Positions 30,878 to 40,037 of a stretch of 64,000 nt of DNA are shown piece by piece; the stretch's first letter is position 1, and every line of letters starts with the position of its first letter. The stretch comes from Anaeromyxobacter sp. (GTDB taxonomy: Bacteria; Myxococcota; Myxococcia; Myxococcales; Anaeromyxobacteraceae), in contig JASGJN010000020.1 of NCBI GenBank assembly GCA_049840735.1, positions 576,001 through 640,000 of the forward strand, read 5' to 3'. The position numbers were made by a program, and so were the translations under genes. A model generated the notes under the pieces. The model was not told the DNA's origin, made no database searches, and saw nothing but the letters and a program-made list of their open reading frames with translations.

Positions 30878-30992
30878 CGTCCTGAGCCTGTCGAAGGACG
30901 TCGGGGCCCCACCCCTGCTGCGCGGGGCCCTGGGATGGAGAGCGGCCGTTCGCCCTGAGCGTAGCGGCGCGAAGCGCCGCGGAGTCGAAGGG
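30878..30992 (+). repeat. Two REP-like elements (30878-30900 short form, 30946-30992 long form)
   Basis: cgtcctgagcctgtcgaaggacg and ccgttcgccctgagcgtagcggcgcgaagcgccgcggagtcgaaggg. Confidence 0.85.
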
Positions 30993-31158
30993 CGCCCCTC
31001 CCGGCCTTCCGCACACGGGGGCTGCGCCCTCGCCCCCTCCCCCCTCCCCCGACCCGCCTGGCGGGCGGGTTGCGCTCCTCTGTGCTTGCGCCCAGGGGCC
31101 CCGGTGGGATAAGCGGCTCGTCCCGGGACCGGCATCGGGCCCGCCGGAGGAGAGTTCG

Positions 31159-31881
31159 ATGGGACGCATCTTCGAGACGCGCAAGGCCACCATGTTCGCC
31201 CGGTGGAACAAGATGGCGAAGGCCTTCACGCGCATCAGCAAGGACATCGCCATCGCCGTGAAGTCCGGCGGCCCGCACCCCGAGAACAACCCGGCCCTGC
31301 GCCGCGCGCTCCAGAACGCCCGCGGCGCCAACATGCCGAAGGACAAGGTCGAGGCCGCCATCAAGCGGGCCGCCGGCCAGGACCAGCAGGCCTACGAGAT
31401 CGTGCTGTACGAGGGCTACGCGCCCCACGGCGTGGCGGTGATCGTCGAGACCGCCACCGACAACGTGGTCCGCACCGTGGCCAACGTCCGCATGCACTTC
31501 AAGAACAACGGCGGGAACATGGGGAACGCCGGGAGCGTGGCCTTCCAGTTCCAGAAGATGGGCGTGTTCCGCCTGGCGCCTGAGGGCATCGACCAGGAGG
31601 CGCTGGAGCTCGACCTCATCGACCACGGCCTCGAGGAGATGGGCGAGGGCAAGGGCGAGAAGGGCGAGCCGCAGGTCATCATCCGCTGCGCCTTCAACAG
31701 CTTCGGCCAGCTCCAGTCCGCCATCGAGGAGCGGAAGCTCCAGGTCATCTCGGCCGAGTCGGAGTACGTGGCCCAGACGCCGGTGGAGCTGCCCGAGGAC
31801 CAGGCCAAGGAGGTCCTCGAGCTGGTGGACGCGATGGAGCAGGACGACGACGTCCAGCGGGTGTTCCACAACCTGGCCTAG
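31159..31881 (+). CDS. yebC: YebC/PmpR family protein
   Basis: [49 protein letters not shown]. Confidence 0.93.
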   Translation: MGRIFETRKATMFARWNKMAKAFTRISKDIAIAVKSGGPHPENNPALRRALQNARGANMPKDKVEAAIKRAAGQDQQAYEIVLYEGYAPHGVAVIVETATDNVVRTVANVRMHFKNNGGNMGNAGSVAFQFQKMGVFRLAPEGIDQEALELDLIDHGLEEMGEGKGEKGEPQVIIRCAFNSFGQLQSAIEERKLQVISAESEYVAQTPVELPEDQAKEVLELVDAMEQDDDVQRVFHNLA

Positions 31882-31951
31882 AGGACTGCTACGCTGGGCC
31901 CGGATCGAACGCGGCCGTTCGCCGTGGGCGCAGCGGCGCGCCCGGCCCCGC

Positions 31952-32386
31952 TCACGCGTCCGACGCCAGCCGCGCCAGCTCGCGGGCCAGCAGGTCGGGC
32001 CTGAACGGCTTCTCCAGCGCGCGCTCGGCGCCGACCAGCGGCGCGTCGCGCACGTAGGCGCTGGCCACGATCACCGGGCGGTCGCGGTGGTCCGGCTGCT
32101 CGCGCAGCCAGGACAGGAAGGTCCAGCCGTCCATCCGCGGCATGGTCAGGTCGAGCAGGATCACGTCCGGCTGGAGCCCGGCCACCAGCAGCTCCACCGC
32201 CGCCTGCCCGTCCTCGGCCTCCACCGCCTCGTAGCCCTTCGACTCCAGCCAGCGGGCCACCAGGTCGCGCAGCTCCGCCTCGTCCTCCACCACCAGCACG
32301 CGCGCGCGCGGCTCGAGCCGCACCTCGCCGCCCGCGTCGGCGGTCGTCAGCTCGGGGGTGGCTGTGGTCTGGACTTCCTCGGGCAT
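31952..32386 (-). CDS. Single-domain response regulator (REC)
   Basis: VLVVEDE, PDVILLDLTMPRMDG, SA, EKPF. Confidence 0.88.
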   Translation of the reverse strand: MPEEVQTTATPELTTADAGGEVRLEPRARVLVVEDEAELRDLVARWLESKGYEAVEAEDGQAAVELLVAGLQPDVILLDLTMPRMDGWTFLSWLREQPDHRDRPVIVASAYVRDAPLVGAERALEKPFRPDLLARELARLASDA

Positions 32387-32610
32387 GGGTTGCTCGCGCG
32401 TACGGGTCCGGGCTGGCCCTAACCTGGGGCCGGGCTGCGCGCACCGGAACCGGAGCGCGCCGTCCCTCCCCGCGGGGGCCCGGCGCGACGCTCCATGCAG
32501 GCGAGGGCCTGGAGCAGCGCCACGCGGGGCAACAGGCTACAACCTTGCCGGTGGTGAGGGCCACGCCGCCCCCCGCCCGGGAGCAGACCTGGCGTCCGAG
32601 GGAGCGCAGC

Positions 32611-33669
32611 ATGGCCCGCAAGCAGCTCCAGCTCGAGGTGGCCGGACGGACGGTCGCCATCTCCAACCCGGACAAGCCGTACTTCCCCGAGGCCGGGATC
32701 ACCAAGCTCGACCTGGTCCAGTACTTCCTGGCCGTTGCCGACGGCGCGCTCCGCGGCGTGCGCGATCGCCCCATGGCGCTGAAGCGCTTCGTGGACGGCG
32801 CCGCCGGCGAGTTCTTCTTCCAGAAGCGCGCGCCGGCCTCCCGCCCGCCCTGGGTCGACGTGGTGGAGCTGGCCTTCCCCTCCGGCCGCACCGCCCAGGA
32901 GGTGGTGGTGCGCGACGCGGCCCAGCTGGCCTGGGTCGTGAACCTCGGCTGCATGGACCTGAACCCTCACCCGGTCCGCGCCGGAGACCTCGACCACCCC
33001 GACGAGCTGCGCGTCGACCTCGACCCGGTGCCGGGCGTGCCATGGAAGCAGATCTGCGACGTGGCGCTGCTGGTGCGCGAGGTGCTGGAGGAGCACGGCC
33101 TGACCGGCTGGCCCAAGACCAGCGGCTCGCGCGGCATCCACGTCAACGTCCGGATCGCGCCGCGCTGGGGCTTCGGCGAGGTGCGCCAGGCCGCGCTGGC
33201 GCTGGCGCGCGAGGTGGAGCGGCGGGCGCCGGCCCTGGCCACCCACAAGTGGTGGAAGGAGGAGCGGCACGGCGTCTTCATCGACTACAACCAGAACGCC
33301 AAGGATCGGACCGTGGCCTCCGCCTACTCGGTGCGCCCCACGCCCGACGCCCGCGTCTCCACGCCGCTCACCTGGGACGAGGTGCCCGCCTGCGACCCGG
33401 CGGCCTTCACGCTGCGCACCGTGCCGGAGCGGTTCGCGCGCCTGGGCGACCTGCACGCCGGCATCGACGACGCCGCCGGGCAGCTGGACGGGCTGCTGGA
33501 CCTGGCGGCGCGGCAGCGCGCCGGCGGGCTGGGCGACGCGCCCTGGCCCCCGCACTACGCGCGCGGCGAGGACGAGCCGCCGCGCGCGCCGCCCTCGCGC
33601 CGCCGCGTCCCTGCGTCGCGCGGCCCCCGGGCCACCCCTGACACCGACAGTGACGCCCACCACCGCTGA
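32611..33669 (+). CDS. Stand-alone LigD-type primase-polymerase (Prim-Pol)
   Basis: SNPDK, TKLDL..Y, FFQKR, PDELRVDLDP, KTSGSRGIH, FIDYNQN, AYSVRP, VSTPLTWDE. Confidence 0.9.
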   Translation: MARKQLQLEVAGRTVAISNPDKPYFPEAGITKLDLVQYFLAVADGALRGVRDRPMALKRFVDGAAGEFFFQKRAPASRPPWVDVVELAFPSGRTAQEVVVRDAAQLAWVVNLGCMDLNPHPVRAGDLDHPDELRVDLDPVPGVPWKQICDVALLVREVLEEHGLTGWPKTSGSRGIHVNVRIAPRWGFGEVRQAALALAREVERRAPALATHKWWKEERHGVFIDYNQNAKDRTVASAYSVRPTPDARVSTPLTWDEVPACDPAAFTLRTVPERFARLGDLHAGIDDAAGQLDGLLDLAARQRAGGLGDAPWPPHYARGEDEPPRAPPSRRRVPASRGPRATPDTDSDAHHR

Positions 33670-33738
33670 CACCCGCGGGTGAATGCCTGTTAACGTCCTC
33701 CCGTCCCAGGGGTCCTGCCCTGAGGGAGGAGGACCACC

Positions 33739-35640
33739 TTGAACAGACCGCTCGCCGCCCTGCTCCTGGGAATCACCGCCTGCGCCACCGGCCCCATCGG
33801 CCCCATCACCACCGCCCAGCTGCACGAGCGCCCCGGCGCGGCCGCGCTGGCCTCCTACCTGGCCCAGGCCGACGCCAGCGGCGACGCCTGCGCGCGGGTG
33901 GCCGCGGCGCTGCCCGCCGCCGAGCTGCAGAAGCTGCCGGGGCGCCTCCTCGAGGGGCTGCGCCGCGGGACAATCCAGCCGGCCACCTTCACCCGCTGCG
34001 CCCAGGCGCTCTGGCCGGTCCTGCCGGCGGCGGCGTCCTCGGACCTCGCCACAGCCACGCTCGCCGGCGCCATGGACGCGCTGCGCACCGGCGTGGTGGA
34101 CGAGCAGCCCTCCCTGCAGGCCCAGCTGGCGGCGCTGCAGGAGGTGTACGCGGACCGTCCCGCCGCCGCGAAGGCCGCCGACCACCCGCGCCGTCAGGCC
34201 ATGGGGAGCCTGAACGGCCTGCTCCGGAAGGCGCCCGCAGGGAGCCCCACCGCCCGCGCCGCGGCCGCGCTGCTGGCGCTGGTGGAGCTGGAGGGCGGGC
34301 GCAGCGATGGGCGGCCGGTGGATCCGGCCGCGCTGGCGGCGCGCGCCGCCGCCGGTGACGAGCCGTCGCTCTGGGCCATGGCCCACCGGCTCCCCAATCC
34401 CGCGCTGCGGACCGAGGCGGAGCGGCAGCTCGTCCGGGTCCGCATCGCCCGCTCGCCCTTCCCCGAGGTCCAGGCCGCGGCCGCCCAGGTGGAGGCGGCG
34501 GTGCTCCGTGACGGCGTCAACGCCCTCGACGCCGCCAGGCATCCGGTGCGCGGCGGCCACCTCGACCTCCCGGCGCTGCCGGCGCGCACGCTCCTGGTGC
34601 GCCAGCAGCTCTCCCCCTTCGACCCCGCCGGCCGGACCACGCTGCTGCTGGGGACGTCCCCGGAGCGGCCGCAGCCCTCGGTGCTGCCGGCCCTGCCGCT
34701 CCACGGCGCGCTCTGGATTGAGGTGGACGGGCTGGGGCTGCCCGTCACCGTCTGTGAAGCCGGCCGGCCGCTGGATCCCTCGCCCTGCCTGGCCTCGGCG
34801 CAGGTCGCGGCCGGCCACCCGCTGGTCCGCGTGGAGGGCGGGGCGGTGCGGCTGGAGGAGCGGCCCGCGCCGGCCGAGGTCGCGGCGCTGGCCCGCGGCG
34901 GCGACCAGCTCGCGGCGGCGCTCCTGGCGGGCGGCCGCGAGGTGGCGCGGGTGGGCTGGCCGGTGGTGTTCGAGCGCCCGGGCGATTTGGTGTTCGCCGC
35001 GCCCGGCCCGGGCCAGGGCGGGCCAGACCTGGCGGTGCAGGTGGAGCGGCTGCCCGCCGGCCGGCTGCGCTACACGGTCGAGGCGCCGCCGGGCGGGCCG
35101 CAGCAGATCGTGCTGGAGCGGGCCGACGAGGCCGCCTTCCGCGTGATCACGCGCGGCGGGAGCGGGTCCGCCGGCGAGGACGGGCGCGACGGCCTGGACG
35201 GTGAAGACGGGGACAGCGGCGACGACGCCTCCTGCTTCATGAGGACGGGCGGCACCAGCGGGCGCAGCGGGCAGGACGGCCAGGACGGCACCATGGGCGC
35301 CCCAGGAGGCCCGGGCGGGGACGGCGGCGACGTGCGGGTGGTGATCGCGGCCCCCGAGGCCGAGCGCTCCGCGCTGCTCGAGCTGGTGCGGAGCACCGTG
35401 CGCACCGAGGGCGGCCGCGGCGGGTCGGGCGGGACGGGCGGCGACGGCGGCAAGGGCGGGCGCGGCGGGCGGGCCGGCATGGGCGCGAGCTGCACCGACG
35501 GAGACCGCTCCTTCTCGCTGGGCGGCGGGATCAGCGGCCACGACGGCCGGGACGGGCACAAGGGCCTGGACGGCGACGACGGCCCCGGCGGCCAGCCGGG
35601 GCGGATCACGCACCGGTGGGCGGCGCCGGACCGGTCCTGA
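33739..35640 (+). CDS. Hypothetical lipoprotein with a Gly-rich collagen-like C-terminus
   Basis: TTG start after GGAGG; lipobox ITAC; C-terminal GxxGxxG runs (GEDGRDGLDGEDGDSG; GHDGRDGHKGLDGDDGPGG). Confidence 0.7.
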   Translation: MNRPLAALLLGITACATGPIGPITTAQLHERPGAAALASYLAQADASGDACARVAAALPAAELQKLPGRLLEGLRRGTIQPATFTRCAQALWPVLPAAASSDLATATLAGAMDALRTGVVDEQPSLQAQLAALQEVYADRPAAAKAADHPRRQAMGSLNGLLRKAPAGSPTARAAAALLALVELEGGRSDGRPVDPAALAARAAAGDEPSLWAMAHRLPNPALRTEAERQLVRVRIARSPFPEVQAAAAQVEAAVLRDGVNALDAARHPVRGGHLDLPALPARTLLVRQQLSPFDPAGRTTLLLGTSPERPQPSVLPALPLHGALWIEVDGLGLPVTVCEAGRPLDPSPCLASAQVAAGHPLVRVEGGAVRLEERPAPAEVAALARGGDQLAAALLAGGREVARVGWPVVFERPGDLVFAAPGPGQGGPDLAVQVERLPAGRLRYTVEAPPGGPQQIVLERADEAAFRVITRGGSGSAGEDGRDGLDGEDGDSGDDASCFMRTGGTSGRSGQDGQDGTMGAPGGPGGDGGDVRVVIAAPEAERSALLELVRSTVRTEGGRGGSGGTGGDGGKGGRGGRAGMGASCTDGDRSFSLGGGISGHDGRDGHKGLDGDDGPGGQPGRITHRWAAPDRS

Positions 35641-35650
35641 GCGCCCGCGC

Positions 35651-36741
35651 TCAGGGCGCCGCGCCGGCCCCGAAGATGCGGGTCAGCTCGTAGGGCGGCG
35701 TCGCCTCCAGCTGGTCGTACCGGCACGAGGCCGGCGTGCGGTCCGGCCGCCAGCGCAGGAACTGGGTGGCGTGCCGGAACCGGTCGCCCTGCAGGTGGTC
35801 GTAGGCCACCTCGCAGACCCGCTCGATCCGCAGCGGCTCCCAGGAGGAGATCCTTGCCCCGGTTCCAGCGGCTGCTCGCGCCGGGCAGGCGCCGGCCGGG
35901 GTCCTCGCCGGCCTCGCTCCACTCGGCCCAGTCGCGCCAGGGGTGGCCCTCGGCCGCGCCCTCGCGCAGCGGGGCCAGCTCCTGCACCAGCTCGCGCCGG
36001 CGCGCGGCGGTGAAGGCGCTGCAGATGCCCACGTGGTGCAGCACGCCCTCGGCGTCGTGCAGGCCGAGCAGGAGCGAGCCCACCATGGTCCCCTTCCCCT
36101 CCTTGTGCCAGCGGAAGCCGGCCACCACGCAGTCGGCGGTGCGCGCGTGCTTCACCTTCACCATGGCGCGCTTGCCGGGCTGGTAGGCGCCGTCGAGCCG
36201 CTTGGCCACCACGCCGTCCAGCCCGGCCCCCTCGAACCGGTCGAACCAGTCGGCGGCCGCGGCCCGGTCCTGCGTGGCCGGCGTCACCAGGACGCGGCCG
36301 CCGCCGCGCACCTCGCGCTCCAGCAGCGCCCGCCGTTCGGCCAGCGGCGCCCCGCGCAGGTCCCGGTCGCCCAGCGCCAGCAGGTCGAACAGCACCATGC
36401 TGGCCGGCGATCCGTCCGCCAGCAGCCGCACCCGCGAGGCGGCCGGGTGGATGCGCAGCAGCAGCGCCTCGAAGTCCAGGCCCTTGGCGCCAGCGATGAC
36501 GATCTCGCCGTCCACGGCGCAGCGGTCGGGCAGCGCCGCCAGCAGCGGCTCGCGCAGCTCGGGGAAGTAGCGATTCGAGCGGCTTCAGCTCGCGCGACTG
36601 GAGGTAGAGCTCCTGGCCGTCGCGGAACGCCAGCGCGCGGAAGCCGTCCCACTTCGGCTCGAAGAGCCAGCCCTCCCCCTCCGGCAGGCCGGGGCTCGAC
36701 TGGGCCAGCATGGGCCGATGGGGCGCGATGGGGAAGGGCAT
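35651..36741 (-). CDS. ligC: ATP-dependent DNA ligase, LigC-like; frameshifts near 36580 and 35850
   Basis: PMLA, motif I FEPKWDGFR, DGEIV, FDLL, GLDGVVAK, KVKHARTADCVVAGFR, SRWN, EVAYDH, FRH. Confidence 0.88.
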
Positions 36742-36905
36742 GGGTTCTCCAGGAGGTCTCGCCGCCTGCTCCGCCGGGCCGAGCCAGCTTAGCCGCCGCC
36801 CATCCGGCTCGACCAGGGCACGCCCCGGAAGCGGCCCTCGCCCGGGGCCTACGCGCCTGCGTCCAGCCGGTTGCCGCCAGGGGGACCGGGCCGGACCTTG
36901 TCGGC

Positions 36906-38354
36906 GTGGGCGCCTCGACCACCCTGCCCCGCCTGCGAACCTTCTTCACCGAGCGCGTATGGGACGTCCGGCTGACCGAGCTCCCGCGCGCCCGGCGGGC
37001 CGGCTACCGCCTGCTGCGCGTGCTCTCCTCGGCCGTGACCGGCTTCGTGACCAACGGCCTCACCGTCCGGGCCGCGGCGCTCACCTACTACAGCGTCCTC
37101 TCCATCGTCCCGTTCCTGGCCTTCACCTTCGCGGTGCTGAAGGGGTTCGGCGCGTACACGGCGCTCATCCAGGGCACCGTCCGCCCCTGGCTGGACGACA
37201 CCTTCGGCGCCAACCCCTCCCTGCACCAGGCCCTGCTGCGGATCCTCGAGTTCGTCGAGAAGACCAACGTCTCCAGCCTGGGGGCGGTGGGGCTCCTGGC
37301 GCTGGTCTACACCAGCGTCTCGCTGGTCTCGAGCGTGGAGGCCGCCCTCAACACGGCCTTCGGCGCCCGCGCCACCCGCCCGCCGCTCCGGCAGCTGACC
37401 GACTACGTCACGCTGCTGGTGACCACGCCGCTGCTGCTGTTCGTGGCCGCCACCCTCTCCACCGCGGCGCAGAGCTCGTGGCTGGTGGTCTTCCTGCGCG
37501 ACCAGCTGCAGCTGGGGCGGGTCATCGACCTGGCGCTGGGCCTCACGCCCATCGTGGTGGTGGGGCTGGCGCTCTTCGCCATGTACGTCATCCTGCCCAA
37601 CGTCCAGATCCGGCCGCGGTCGGCGCTGCTGGGGGCGGCGGTGGCGGCGCTGGGCTGGGAGGGCACGCTCATCCTCCACGTCCAGCTGCAGATGGGCGTG
37701 GCCCGCTACAACGCGCTCTACTCGGTGCTGGGCGCGCTGCCCATCTTCCTGGTCTGGACCTACGTCTCCTGGCTGGTGGTGCTGGCCGGCGCGGAGCTGG
37801 CCGCCAGCCACCAGAACGAGCCGCTCATGCGCGAGCGGCTGCGCGGGAAGCAGGCGGACCAGGCGCTGCGCGAGACGCTGGCGGTGGCGGCGGTGGCCCG
37901 GGTGACGTGCGACTTCCTGGCCGGCGGCCCGCGCCGCACCACGGCCGAGCTGGCGGAGGCGCTGGAGGTGCCGGCGCTGGTGGTGGAGGACATCCTGGAC
38001 GCGCTGGTCCGGGCCGGCGTGCTGGTGCGGGTGGTGGCGGGCGCCGGCATCGCCTTCCTCCCCGGCCGCGACCCGGGCGATCTGCGCGCCGCCGACGTGC
38101 GCGAGGCGCTGCGCCGCGACCCGCGGGCGGATCCGGTGCGGGCCGGGGTGGAGCGGCAGCTGGGGCCGGAGCTGCAGGCGCTGCTGGCCGCCTTCGAGGA
38201 GGAGCGACGGCGCTCGCCGCTCAACCTGACGCTGCGCGAGCTGGCGGCGCGGGTGCCGGGCGCGCCCGCCGCGCCCACCGGTCCGCGCCCGCCCGCGCCG
38301 GACGCCGACGGGACCCAGGTGCTGGATCCGAAGCAGCCGGAGGTGCCGGCGTGA
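36906..38354 (+). CDS. YihY/BrkB-family membrane protein with a C-terminal winged-helix-like domain
   Basis: AAALTYYSVLSIVP, LGALPIFLVWTYVSWLVVLAGAEL; C-terminus TTAELAEALEVPALVVEDILDALVRAG; start approximate. Confidence 0.85.
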   Translation: MGASTTLPRLRTFFTERVWDVRLTELPRARRAGYRLLRVLSSAVTGFVTNGLTVRAAALTYYSVLSIVPFLAFTFAVLKGFGAYTALIQGTVRPWLDDTFGANPSLHQALLRILEFVEKTNVSSLGAVGLLALVYTSVSLVSSVEAALNTAFGARATRPPLRQLTDYVTLLVTTPLLLFVAATLSTAAQSSWLVVFLRDQLQLGRVIDLALGLTPIVVVGLALFAMYVILPNVQIRPRSALLGAAVAALGWEGTLILHVQLQMGVARYNALYSVLGALPIFLVWTYVSWLVVLAGAELAASHQNEPLMRERLRGKQADQALRETLAVAAVARVTCDFLAGGPRRTTAELAEALEVPALVVEDILDALVRAGVLVRVVAGAGIAFLPGRDPGDLRAADVREALRRDPRADPVRAGVERQLGPELQALLAAFEEERRRSPLNLTLRELAARVPGAPAAPTGPRPPAPDADGTQVLDPKQPEVPA

Positions 38355-38365
38355 GCCTCTCCACT

Positions 38366-38418
38366 CCTGGGCTTCGACTCCGCGAGCCCTGCGGGCTCGC
38401 TACGCTCAGCCCGAACGG
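38366..38418 (-). repeat. REP-like element, 53 bp identical to 25201-25253
   Basis: cctgggcttcgactccgcgagccctgcgggctcgctacgctcagcccgaacgg at both sites. Confidence 0.9.
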
Positions 38419-38448
38419 AGTGCGGGGAGCCCAGCGCGCTGCGCCGGC

Positions 38449-39882
38449 TCAGCGCGCTGCGCCCGCGCAGCCCGGCGCCGGGACCAGGATCACCGCGGTG
38501 CGGGCCGGCAGCTCCAGCTCCAGCGTGGAAGGCCCCACCAGCCGCGCCGGCACCGGGCGTCCGCCCACGGCGTCCCAGGTCGGCGCCTCGCCCGGCTCGA
38601 TGGGGAGCGCCACCCGGACCGTGGCCGCCTCGCCCAGGTTGGCCACCACCACGGCGTAGCCGGCGGTGCCTGCGTCGCGCACGAAGGCGAAGGCGCCCTC
38701 GTTGCCCTCCACCGGCGCGCGCCGGTAGGCCCCGTCGCGCAGCGCCGGGAGCCGCTCGCGGAGCGCGGCCAGCCGGGCGTAGTGCGGGCGGAGGCGCAGT
38801 GGATCGTCGCCCCAGCGGACCGGCGGCCCGTCGTCGTAGGGCCGGTAGGCCGCGCCCACCTCCTCGCCGGTGTAGATGACCGCGAGCCCGGGCAGCGCGT
38901 GGACCAGCGCCGCGGCGGCCCGGGTGAGCGCGGCGCCATGGCGGGTCACGAAGCGATCGCCGGTGTCGTTGTTGTCGAGGAAGCGCAGCACCCGGTCCGG
39001 CGGCGTCCCGCCCGCGCCAAGGGCCGCGTCGAGCTTCGGACCGGCGTGGGCCGGATCCTCGAACACGCCCTCCCAGGCCCAGTGGCCCAGTTCGCCGGTC
39101 CAGTCATAGGCCGCGTCGAACCCCTCCGCGATGTAGGCCGGATCCCGGGCGCTGGCCTCCGCCACCAGCAGCGCGGCCGGCTTGACCCGCCGCACCGCCT
39201 GCACCAGCTCTGGCCAGAAGGTGGGGTCGGCCGCCTGGGGGCCCCAGGCCGCGTCCACCCTGAAGCCGTCCACGTCGTAGCGCTCGACCCAGTGGACCAG
39301 CGCGCGGGTCAGCATCCGGCGGACCTCGGGGTTGCGGTGATCGAGCTTGGGGAGGTGCGCCCAGTCGAAGTCGTGCCGGACCTTCCCGTCCTCGTCGCGG
39401 GCGTAGAGCGCCCAGGAGGGCGAGGCCCGGCCGCGACGCTCCGCGTCCCGGTAGAGCGGGTGGGCGACGGAGGTGTGGTTCGGCACCACGTCGAGGAGCA
39501 CCTTGATCCCCCGGGCGTGCGCCCCGGCCACCAGCGCCGACAGGTCCGCCGGCGTGCCGTAGTCGGGCCGGAGCTTCAGGTAGTCCGTGACCGCGTAGCT
39601 GATGTGGCCCCGGTCGTCGGTGTCGGTCACGGGCGCGAGCCACAGCACGTCCACGCCCAGCGCCGCGAGGGCCCCCAGCCGCGCCGTGACGCCGCGCAGC
39701 GGCCGGTCGGCGTCGAAGAGCGGCGGCACCACCCCGTAGACCACCGCGCCGCGGTGCCAGGCGGGCGGGGGCGCGGCGTGGGCGCCGGGGAGGCTGCAGG
39801 CGGCCGGCTGCTGGGCACGGGAGGCGGCGGGCGCCCCCAGGGCGGCCAGCAGGGCGAGCGCGAGTGCACGAGGGAGGCTCAT
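38449..39882 (-). CDS. Secreted GH13 alpha-amylase-family glycosidase
   Basis: Signal peptide ending ASRA; LDVVPNH, DGFRVDAA, LVAEA, FLDNND, IYTGEE. Confidence 0.88.
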   Translation of the reverse strand: MSLPRALALALLAALGAPAASRAQQPAACSLPGAHAAPPPAWHRGAVVYGVVPPLFDADRPLRGVTARLGALAALGVDVLWLAPVTDTDDRGHISYAVTDYLKLRPDYGTPADLSALVAGAHARGIKVLLDVVPNHTSVAHPLYRDAERRGRASPSWALYARDEDGKVRHDFDWAHLPKLDHRNPEVRRMLTRALVHWVERYDVDGFRVDAAWGPQAADPTFWPELVQAVRRVKPAALLVAEASARDPAYIAEGFDAAYDWTGELGHWAWEGVFEDPAHAGPKLDAALGAGGTPPDRVLRFLDNNDTGDRFVTRHGAALTRAAAALVHALPGLAVIYTGEEVGAAYRPYDDGPPVRWGDDPLRLRPHYARLAALRERLPALRDGAYRRAPVEGNEGAFAFVRDAGTAGYAVVVANLGEAATVRVALPIEPGEAPTWDAVGGRPVPARLVGPSTLELELPARTAVILVPAPGCAGAAR

Positions 39883-39968
39883 GCGCCGCTGAACCGCCGG
39901 TGCGAAGCGGGTGTTCCGGGGGAACGACGACGCCCCGGCAGACCGAAGCCCGCCGGGGCGCCGCTTCA

Positions 39969-40005
39969 CTCCGCTCGTGGTTCGACAGGCTCACCACGAG
40001 CGGAG
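39969..40005 (-). repeat. REP-like element (short form)
   Basis: ctccgctcgtgg-ttcgacaggctc-accacgagcggag; same TCGACAGGCTCA core with an extended stem. Confidence 0.8.
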
Positions 40006-40037
40006 CGGATCCTCCCGAAGGATCGGGACCGGCGCGG

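Noticed and set aside
32611..36741. Prim-Pol and ligase as a mobile element or prophage replication module
   Set aside because: Motifs are of the LigD/LigC repair type; no integrase, helicase, att sites or compositional shift.
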